From Acidobacteriota bacterium (lineage in GTDB: Bacteria; Acidobacteriota; UBA6911; RPQK01; JAJDTT01), in the NCBI GenBank assembly GCA_965217775.1, contig CBDCJH010000002.1:3648001-3712000 (forward strand): a stretch of 64,000 bases of DNA, in the 5' to 3' direction. Shown here piece after piece: positions 35,143-42,889 of this stretch. Each line of letters starts with the position of its first letter. Position 1 is the first letter of the stretch. The notes below the pieces were generated by a model, which had not been told where the DNA came from, ran no database searches, and saw only the letters and a program-made list of their open reading frames with translations. The position numbers and the translations under genes are program-made.

Positions 35143-35204
35143 GCCGTTTCCATCCCCGATCGGCCGCCCGACCCTGTTTCTCTTGAGTTCCTGAACTTCC
35201 TTCG

Positions 35205-37781
35205 ATGCGGACCCTTCTCGACCTGATCCCCCATCTGCAGGGGCAGGCCGGTGAAGCGGTTCGTTTCGACGACGGCCTGCGCACCCGCATCCTCTCCTAC
35301 CCCGAATTGTGGCGCAATATCGCCTCCTTCGCCTGTCATCTCAGGGAAAGGGGCATCCGGAAGGGAGACCGGCTCCTGCTCTGGGGAGAGAATGGACCGG
35401 AGTGGGTCATCGTCTTCTGGAGTTGCGTATCCCAGGGAGTGCAGGTCGTCCCTGTGGACTCCAATTCCAGCCCGGAGCTGGTGGATCGGATCCAGGACAA
35501 GGTCCAGGCGCGCCTGCTGGTGCACGGCCGGGAGGTCAACCCGGAGACCAGCGTGGAACGCCTGTCGTACCGGGACTTGGCCGCGTTCAAGCCCCGGAGC
35601 GAGACGCTCCCTCAGGTCCGGCTGGAGCCGGACGACCCGGTGGAGATCGTCTTCACCTCCGGCACCACGGGGTCGCCCAAAGGAGTCATCCACCGCCACC
35701 GGAACATCTGCGCCAACCTGACGCCCTTCGCCCGTGAGATCGCCCGCTACCGGAAATATGCCCGACCGTTCCAACCCGTCCGGTTCCTGAATCTGTTGCC
35801 CCTGAGCCACATGTTCGGTCAGTCGGCCGGACTCTTCATTCCCGTCATCCTGGGGGGCGGCGTGGTGTTCATGTCCGAACTCCACCCGGCCGCGATCCTG
35901 GACTGCATCCGCCGACACCGGGTCTCGGTCCTGGTTTCGGTGCCCCGGGTTCTGACCAGTCTGGAGCGGCGGGTCCGCAAGGAGGTCCGGATTCCCGCGG
36001 GGCGGGTGACGAGACGAGGGCTGCCGGGGGTGGCCGCCCGCTGGTGGAAGTACCGGCAGGTGCACCGGACGTTGGGCTGGAAGTTCTGGGCCATCGTGGT
36101 AGGCGGCGCCCGGCTGGAGTTGCGGCAGGAAGAGTGGTGGTCCGAACTTGGGTTCGCGCTGCTTCAGGGGTACGGTCTCACCGAGAGCAGTCCCGTGGTA
36201 GCCGTGAACCACCCCTTTCGACCTCGGCGGGGTGCCTTGGGACGGCCCCTCGCCGGACAGGAGGTCCGGCTGGCTCCGGACGGCGAGATCCTGGTTCGGG
36301 GGGAGAGTGTCGCCACCGAGTACCTGACCTCCAGGAGCGAGACCCGGAAGATCCTGGACCAGGGCTGGTTCCGGACCGGCGACGTGGGCGAGCTGGACGA
36401 GACGGGCGTGCTCTACTACAAGGGCCGCAAGAAGGACCTGATCGTGACGGCCGACGGCCTCAACGTGCACCCCCAGGACGTGGAATCGATCCTGAACCGG
36501 CTTCCGGGCGTTCGGGACAGCGTTGTGGTGCCCGCCCCCAGCCCGGTGGGCGACGTGGTCCACGCGGCCCTGATCCCGGCGGACGGGAAGGCGGACCTGG
36601 CCGAGACGATCCGTCTCGCCAACCGGCGCCTGGAAGCCCACCAGCGAATCCGGGGCTGGTCCGTCTGGCCGGAGGAGGACTTCCCGAGAACCCCGTCGAC
36701 CTGGAAGGTCCGGCGCCATCAGGTGGCCCACCATGTCGCCGAGGGGCAGGCGACGCCTCTCCGGGAGACCGTCTCCCCGGCCCGAGCCATCCTGGCCCAG
36801 CTCACGGGCCGCGACCCACGGCAGATCCGCGGGAACCAGCGCCTGGACGAGGACCTGGGACTGTCCTCCCTGGACCGGGTCGACCTCCTCTCCCGGCTGG
36901 AGGACCGCCGGGAACTGGAGCTCGACGAAGAGGGAATGGCCGGCATCTGCACGGTCCAGGAACTGGAGGCGGCCCTGACCGGTTCGGCGGTGGCCGGCCA
37001 GAGTGCCGCGGAAATAGGAGACGAACGGAGCCCCAGCGCTTCCCCGCTCCCGGACCGAGTCGAGACTCCCCTGCCCTACTGGACCCGCCGGGCGCCCGTC
37101 CGCTGGGCGCGAACCGGCCTGCGGGAAGGCTTCATGATTCCGCTCCTTCGTAACCGGCTTCCTCTGACGGTGGCTGGCACCGATCTGTTGAAGCGGCTCC
37201 GTCCACCGGTGATCTTCGCCGCGAACCACGTCAGCCATCTGGACACGCCGGTGATTCTGGCGGCGCTGCCTCCGTCCTGGCGTCGGCGGCTGGTCCCGGC
37301 CATGGCCCAGGAGTGGTTCCTGCCCCACTTTCGCCCCGGCGGGTTCTCGTGGAGGGAGAGACTCTCCGCCAGCCTCCAGTACGTCCTGGCGTGCGGCTGC
37401 TTCAACGCCTACCCTCTCCCCCAGAGGATGGGGGGGATCCGGCGTAGCCTCCGCTATACGGGCGAGCTCCTGGACCATGGGTTCTGCCCCCTGCTCTTTC
37501 CCGAGGGACGGCGGTCTCCCGACGGCGCTCTCGGGAGCTTCCAGGCCGGAATCGGCCTCATGGGCGTGCGGCTGGAGGTCCCGGTGGTTCCCGTCTACGT
37601 GGAGGGACTGTTCCAGGTGTTCCCGGCCGGCAGCCGATGGCCCAAGAGGGGTCCGGTCGCGGTGACCTTCGGCGAGCCGGTACGGTTGGACCAGGGACAA
37701 GGATACGCCGAGGGGGCTGAAGCGGTGCGGCGGGCCGTCCAGAAGCTGATTCCTAAGGAAACAAGTGACGTCCATGTTTGA
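35205..37781 (+). CDS. AMP-binding acyl ligase - acyl carrier - PlsC-type acyltransferase fusion
   Basis: FTSGTTGSPKG, QGYGLTE, RTGDVG; carrier motif DLGLSSLDRV; NHVSHLD and FPEGRRS. Confidence 0.9.
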   Translation: MRTLLDLIPHLQGQAGEAVRFDDGLRTRILSYPELWRNIASFACHLRERGIRKGDRLLLWGENGPEWVIVFWSCVSQGVQVVPVDSNSSPELVDRIQDKVQARLLVHGREVNPETSVERLSYRDLAAFKPRSETLPQVRLEPDDPVEIVFTSGTTGSPKGVIHRHRNICANLTPFAREIARYRKYARPFQPVRFLNLLPLSHMFGQSAGLFIPVILGGGVVFMSELHPAAILDCIRRHRVSVLVSVPRVLTSLERRVRKEVRIPAGRVTRRGLPGVAARWWKYRQVHRTLGWKFWAIVVGGARLELRQEEWWSELGFALLQGYGLTESSPVVAVNHPFRPRRGALGRPLAGQEVRLAPDGEILVRGESVATEYLTSRSETRKILDQGWFRTGDVGELDETGVLYYKGRKKDLIVTADGLNVHPQDVESILNRLPGVRDSVVVPAPSPVGDVVHAALIPADGKADLAETIRLANRRLEAHQRIRGWSVWPEEDFPRTPSTWKVRRHQVAHHVAEGQATPLRETVSPARAILAQLTGRDPRQIRGNQRLDEDLGLSSLDRVDLLSRLEDRRELELDEEGMAGICTVQELEAALTGSAVAGQSAAEIGDERSPSASPLPDRVETPLPYWTRRAPVRWARTGLREGFMIPLLRNRLPLTVAGTDLLKRLRPPVIFAANHVSHLDTPVILAALPPSWRRRLVPAMAQEWFLPHFRPGGFSWRERLSASLQYVLACGCFNAYPLPQRMGGIRRSLRYTGELLDHGFCPLLFPEGRRSPDGALGSFQAGIGLMGVRLEVPVVPVYVEGLFQVFPAGSRWPKRGPVAVTFGEPVRLDQGQGYAEGAEAVRRAVQKLIPKETSDVHV

Positions 37782-37792
37782 ACTGGCGCCCC

Positions 37793-38018
37793 GGGACCGG
37801 CGACTTTCTTGTCGCCGACCGGGAGCGGCGGCTTTCTTGCCGCCGACCAGGGGGGGCAGGGGGGACGGAGTCCCCACTCTACACTTCTCCTCCCTCTACA
37901 CTTCCCGGCCACCAAATCGCATAGCAACACTGAAGAGCAGGCGGCAAGAAAACCGCCTGTCCCAGTGGGCGACAAGAAAGTCGCCCCTCCTAGCAGGCGA
38001 CAAAAATGTCGCCCCACC
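37793..38018. repeat. REP/MITE-like composite palindrome (family 2), copy 1
   Basis: Units GGCG(A/G)CTTTCTTG(T/C)CGCC on the left, inverted GGCGACAAGAAAGTCGCC on the right; internal spacer shared with 60301-60496. Confidence 0.8.
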
Positions 38019-38069
38019 AAGGCCCCTCCCAGGGCCCTGACCCATGTCCCACAAGTAGAGGATAACGAC

Positions 38070-39221
38070 ATGCCAAGAGTCCAAGAGTGCACGCAGCGAG
38101 AGCTTCCCGAGGTCATCGGTCTGGTGGACGACGCCATGCGCCAGGGCATGGACCAGACCATGCTCACCGACTACCCCCTGGTCTACCAGGAGAGCAACCA
38201 TCCCAACATCCGTGTCATCAAGGTGGCCGGCCGGGTGGTGAGCGTGGTTCCCTTCCTGCTCCGCACCGTCGACGTGGAAGACGTCTCCTTCACCATCGGC
38301 ATAATCTCGCCGACGGCGACGGCTCCGGAGCACCGCCACCGGGGATACGGACTCGCCTGCCTCAGGAGCTGCCTGCGGAGCATGGAGGCGATGGGATGCG
38401 ACCTGTCGGTGCTCTGGACCCAGATCGCCACCTTTCCCTTCTACCAGCACGGAGCCTTCGAACCGGTCCGATACCAGGAATGGATCTACAACTGCACCCG
38501 CGAGGACGGCCGCCGTTTCGGGAACCATGGAGAGCGGATCGTGCGCTACGACCCGGCGGCCGGAACTCACCTGGACCGGATCCGGTCCATGCACGAGAAG
38601 GAAGGCTACGGCGTGCGGCGGTCCCGCTCCGAGTGGGAGGCACTCCTCCAGCTTCCCCTGATGCACACCCTGTTGGCCGAAGCGGACGGTTTCGCCACCG
38701 GCTACCTGATCGTCTCCGACGCCGGCAACAAACCGGGCCTCATCGAAGCGGGCGGCAGCGTGGAGGCCGTCGAGACCCTGTATTCGCACGCCCTTCGCAA
38801 CTTGCCGGAGGGCGGCCAGATCCAATCCTACGACCCCCTCACCGGCTCGACGGCGGGGCGCCTGCTGGAGCAGAAGCTTCCCGGACGGCGGCAACTGACC
38901 ACCAAGTCCATGATGATCCGCATCAACTGCCCCGCGGCATTCCTGCGCAAGATCCGCCCCTGGCTGGAGCGTCAGACGGGATCCGGCGGGGAAGAGTTCT
39001 CGATCGGGGTCACCGACGCCGCCGAGCAGATCAGCTTCCGCTCCACCAAGGAAGGTCTGATCCTAGGGCAGGAGCCGCTGGAGCGGCACTACGAGCTGTC
39101 GAGACGGGAGCTGACGTCGCTGGTCTTCGGTCCGCATCCGGTTCGTGGCGAAGAGGCCACCGGGATCGAAACGCCGCCGTTCCCCTTCTACTTCCCGCTG
39201 TGGCAACTGGACCAGAGCTGA
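38070..39221 (+). CDS. Eis-like GNAT acetyltransferase
   Basis: ATAPEHRHRGYG acetyl-CoA motif, FYQHGAF; ATG 38070 after GAGGA (the upstream extension in the ORF track is repeat-derived). Confidence 0.82.
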   Translation: MPRVQECTQRELPEVIGLVDDAMRQGMDQTMLTDYPLVYQESNHPNIRVIKVAGRVVSVVPFLLRTVDVEDVSFTIGIISPTATAPEHRHRGYGLACLRSCLRSMEAMGCDLSVLWTQIATFPFYQHGAFEPVRYQEWIYNCTREDGRRFGNHGERIVRYDPAAGTHLDRIRSMHEKEGYGVRRSRSEWEALLQLPLMHTLLAEADGFATGYLIVSDAGNKPGLIEAGGSVEAVETLYSHALRNLPEGGQIQSYDPLTGSTAGRLLEQKLPGRRQLTTKSMMIRINCPAAFLRKIRPWLERQTGSGGEEFSIGVTDAAEQISFRSTKEGLILGQEPLERHYELSRRELTSLVFGPHPVRGEEATGIETPPFPFYFPLWQLDQS

Positions 39222-39283
39222 CAAGCTCGCGTCGCTGTCCGGGTCGCCAAAATCGTCGATCCCGGGGAAAACATCCAAAGGAT

Positions 39284-40105
39284 TCAAGGAGCAATGGTCC
39301 GGGCCACCCGGATGCCGATGCCGAAGGTCCCGCCGGTCGTGTACCCGAGGCGGTACGCGGAGCGCAGGGACCCGGGGTCGCTGACCAGGGAGCCGCCGCG
39401 CATGACGCGCAGGGAACAGTCCCCACGCTCCCACGCCGTTCCGTCCGCCGGCGCTTCCCGGTAACTCTCGTTCCAACAGTCCAGTGTCCACTCCCACACG
39501 TTCCCGTGCACGTCATGCAGGCCCCATCCGTTCGGTGCGAAGGATCCCACCGGCGCCGTCCGCCGATCGTCCCATCGGCTGCCGCAGCCCCGGCAGTTCG
39601 CGCGGTTGCGGCCGATCCCGTTCCCCCAACTGTACGCCGTCGCCGTCCCCGCCCGCGCCGCATACTCCCACTCCACCTCGCTCGGCAGCCGGTACCGCCG
39701 TCCCGTCTCAGCCGACAGCCACTTCGTATACGCCACCGCGTCCGCCCAAGACACGTTGATCACCGGACGCCGCCCCCGGCCCCAGCCTTCGTCCTCCGCG
39801 CGCGCCCGGCCGGTCGCTTCCGTGAACCGGTCGTATTCCTCGAACGTCACCTCGTATCCGGACAGCTCGAACGCCTCCACCCTCACCTCATGCACCGGAT
39901 GCTCCCAGTCGACGCAGTCTTTATCCGAGACGCAGCCCATCCGGAAACTACCCCCGGGAATCTCCACCATCTCCGGCTCGTACGGCAGCCGTTCCGGCGC
40001 CCGAGGTTGGACGCGCTGTCTCCCCCCGGCATCCGCCCCGGGGCAGGTCAACAGGAGAATAACGACGACACTGAAGATCAGTCCGGGCATTTGGGATCGC
40101 TCCAC
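39284..40105 (-). CDS. Secreted FGE-sulfatase (SUMF1/CLec-fold) protein, putative DGR target 2
   Basis: Signal-like N-terminus; EVTFEEY, RPVINVSW, RLPSEVEWEYAAR, GLHDVHGNVWEW, RVMRGGS..GIRVAR. Confidence 0.88.
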   Translation of the reverse strand: MERSQMPGLIFSVVVILLLTCPGADAGGRQRVQPRAPERLPYEPEMVEIPGGSFRMGCVSDKDCVDWEHPVHEVRVEAFELSGYEVTFEEYDRFTEATGRARAEDEGWGRGRRPVINVSWADAVAYTKWLSAETGRRYRLPSEVEWEYAARAGTATAYSWGNGIGRNRANCRGCGSRWDDRRTAPVGSFAPNGWGLHDVHGNVWEWTLDCWNESYREAPADGTAWERGDCSLRVMRGGSLVSDPGSLRSAYRLGYTTGGTFGIGIRVARTIAP

Positions 40106-40144
40106 GTCAAGACCCGTGCCGGCAAGGTTTGGGCGCCACTCATC

Positions 40145-40390
40145 TTACCGTTCCGGCCGAAGGATTTGGTGCTCCAGGTTGGCCGCGGCCAGGGCAGTGC
40201 CCCGGTGCCTTGTGTAGGTTGCCTCGATCAGCCGCTCCGGAACATCCAGAACTGACGTCGGGATCCGGTCCCCCAGCAGGAACTTCGGCCGCCGCAGGAA
40301 GCGCTCGACAGTCGGAATCAAGCAGGCGAGGAAACAATCGTGTGACTCCAAAGCGAGGCCGATTTCGCGCGAGCGGTCGGCGCTACGCAT
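40145..40390 (-). pseudogene. avd: Truncated DGR accessory variability determinant
   Basis: ALESH..FLA.LIPTVERF.R..KFLLGDRI....LDV.ERLIEATYT......LAAANL matches the first helices of Avd; similarity stops after AAANL. Confidence 0.8.
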
Positions 40391-40445
40391 ACGTCCCCCG
40401 CCGGGATTCCTCACTCAGTATCTGCCGATCAGCCTCAAGAAAAAA

Positions 40446-40464
40446 CCAGGGGCGCTGCCCCTGG
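40446..40464 (-). promoter_or_regulatory. DGR-type DNA hairpin downstream of the variable region
   Basis: CCAGGGGC-AGC-GCCCCTGG (8-bp stem, 3-nt loop) about 30 nt after the target 1 stop; followed by a T-run, so it could also act as a terminator. Confidence 0.7.
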
Positions 40465-40493
40465 ACCCCCTTAAGAGGTAAAGATCTAAAGAT

Positions 40494-42368
40494 TTAAGGG
40501 GTAACGGTCCGGGCCACGCGGAACCCGATGAGGTGGAGCCGGAACGTGGTGGTGTCCCTGTAGCGGTTCGCGGAGCGCAGGTTCCTGGGTTCGCCGTACC
40601 AAGACCCGCCGCGCAAGACGCGCTGGGAACAGTCCCCGCTCTCCCACGCCGAGCCGTTTGTCGGCGCTCCTTGGTAACTCTCGTTCCAACAGTCCTGCAC
40701 CCATTCCCGCACGTTCCCATGCATGTCGTGCAGGCCCCAGCCGTTGGGACCGAACGATCCCACCGGCGCCGTCTGTGCGTTGTCCCATCGACTGCCGCAA
40801 CCATCGCAGTTAGCCCGGTTGCGGCCGATCTCATTTCCCCAACTGTACGCCGTCACCGATCCCGCCCGCGCCGCATACTCCCACTCCGCCTCGCTCGGCA
40901 ACCGGTACCGCTCCCCCGTCTGACCCGACAACCACCTCACATACGCCACCGCGTCCTCCCACGAAACCATGATCACCGGACGACGCCCACGGCCCCAGCC
41001 TGCGTCGTCCGCCGGCTCCCGGCCCGTCGCCGCCGTGAATCGATCGTACTCCTCGAACGTCACCTCGTATTTGGACAGCTCGAACCTTCCGACCCGAACC
41101 GTATGCACCGGGTGCTCGGTCTGAAAGCAGTCCTGACCCGAGACGCAACCCATCCGGAAGCTCCCCCCAGGGATCACTGCCATCTCCGGACGAATCGGGT
41201 CCACCTTGCTACGATCGTAGGGGTTGCTGCGGTCATAAGTGACTGAACTCTCGTTTCCTCCTCCCGGATTGATGGTCCAAGTCCCGTCCTTTTTGCCCTC
41301 CACATACGACCCTTGTTCCACGATCTGGCCGTCATTGTTGCGCTTTACCCAACGGCCGTGTTTCTTGCCTTCGACGTAGATCCCCTTCCAGTCCCCCTCG
41401 GACCAGACACCGTGCTTTTGGGCCGCCACGTACGACCCTTCCGACACCTTCCCCTCTGCTGTCCGCTGAGTGGACTGGCCCTGTTTCTTCCCTTCCACAA
41501 AGGAGACTTCCCACGTGTCTCCGCCCACGTTCCGGCCTGCCACTTGGCCATGCATCTTGCCGTCCACGTACGGCCTTTTCTCTATGGACCCGTCTGTCCA
41601 CCGGGCTGTCCACAAACCTTGCATTTTGCCTTCCACATAGGGTCCTTCCATCTGGTTCCCGGACAAGTTGCCGTCGTCATCTGCCCACTGGATGACCCAC
41701 TTTCCCTGCCGTTTCCCCTGCTCATACGGCCCTTCATAGACATGTCCATTCCAAGACCGGATCCTCCACCTGCCGTGGCGCTTACCGGACTCGAGTCGGC
41801 CAGATGATTCCGTGGTCTTCTTGCCCCCGTCGCTGACCCATTTCAGGGTGCCCGTGCCTTGCGCCAGACTCTCGGCACACTCGGCTGTCCAGGTCACCGT
41901 CTGGTCCGGCACAGGATCATCAACCCAGACGTGGCAGCCCGGCTGGTTGGCCAGTTCCTTCCAGCATTCGGAACCCTTCGGCTTGCCTTGGCACGTCTGG
42001 GTGGCGTTGAAGGTTTGCGCTTCGGCGGCGTTGAGCAACTCCAGGGCTTCGATGTACTGTTTCCCGTCGCGTCCGACAATTTCCAAATAGCGTGTCACCA
42101 TCCGGACCGCCCGGGCGGGACGGCCGGTCTGCTGCGCCGTTTGGGCGCTTCGAAAATAGAATTCTTCCGGAAGCTTCAGCCCCTTTTCCGCTTCCAGCAA
42201 ACTCATCTTGTCGAGCGCCGTTTGCGCCGCAGTGAAGTCCTGCCGCTCGATCGCTTGCCGAGCGGCCAGCAGGTAGCGATCCGCTTGGATCTCGGGCGGA
42301 AGCTGGGCGGCCGCCGGGGTCATCCCCAAAAAGACGATTACGACAACGTTCCGGAGAACTCTCGACAT
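40494..42368 (-). CDS. Secreted TPR-like + MORN-like repeat + FGE-sulfatase/CLec protein, putative DGR target 1
   Basis: Signal peptide, helical N-domain, repeated G.YVEGKK.G.W units, C-terminal RLPSEAEWEYAAR...RVLRGGSW...GFRVART. Confidence 0.9.
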   Translation of the reverse strand: MSRVLRNVVVIVFLGMTPAAAQLPPEIQADRYLLAARQAIERQDFTAAQTALDKMSLLEAEKGLKLPEEFYFRSAQTAQQTGRPARAVRMVTRYLEIVGRDGKQYIEALELLNAAEAQTFNATQTCQGKPKGSECWKELANQPGCHVWVDDPVPDQTVTWTAECAESLAQGTGTLKWVSDGGKKTTESSGRLESGKRHGRWRIRSWNGHVYEGPYEQGKRQGKWVIQWADDDGNLSGNQMEGPYVEGKMQGLWTARWTDGSIEKRPYVDGKMHGQVAGRNVGGDTWEVSFVEGKKQGQSTQRTAEGKVSEGSYVAAQKHGVWSEGDWKGIYVEGKKHGRWVKRNNDGQIVEQGSYVEGKKDGTWTINPGGGNESSVTYDRSNPYDRSKVDPIRPEMAVIPGGSFRMGCVSGQDCFQTEHPVHTVRVGRFELSKYEVTFEEYDRFTAATGREPADDAGWGRGRRPVIMVSWEDAVAYVRWLSGQTGERYRLPSEAEWEYAARAGSVTAYSWGNEIGRNRANCDGCGSRWDNAQTAPVGSFGPNGWGLHDMHGNVREWVQDCWNESYQGAPTNGSAWESGDCSQRVLRGGSWYGEPRNLRSANRYRDTTTFRLHLIGFRVARTVTP

Positions 42369-42889
42369 GGCCTCTCTCCTGCTTGTTCCGTTCGCGGCGG
42401 TGAGCTTGGGATATCGCCGACTTAGATGCTCGAATTCTGCACGTTCAACCCGCTTCCCGGCGAGAGCTGCGGCAAACGGCGGTTCGGATTCCGCCAGTCC
42501 TCACTAACGTTTCAACCCTTTATGGTAGGGTTTGGCCAAGTCAGTGGTCGTCACGATTCCTCGATCCGGAATCCCAGGATCCGACGGCTTCGGGTACCAT
42601 GGACCGTTGCGCCTGACGCTGGAAGAAAGCTGCCCGACACCCGAACTCGCAGACAGGCTCGTAGAGTGTCAATGAATGCCGTCAGATGGATCGAACAAGA
42701 TACACAGAATCAACTCTAACACAAGAGAGTGGTATTAGTGTGAAAATAAGAGTATATAAGGTGTAAAATACGTGAAGCAATCAACTATTGCCATTGGCCG
42801 CAGAGCGCGGCGCATCCGGGTCCTGCGTCGAACCGACGCCTGGGGACGCTGAACCGCGCCTCGCTCCGGGGTGCGACGAGATTGGAAAA

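Noticed and set aside
37809-38069. N-terminal extension of the GNAT protein
   Set aside because: It is translated REP/MITE sequence; an RBS and ATG lie at 38070
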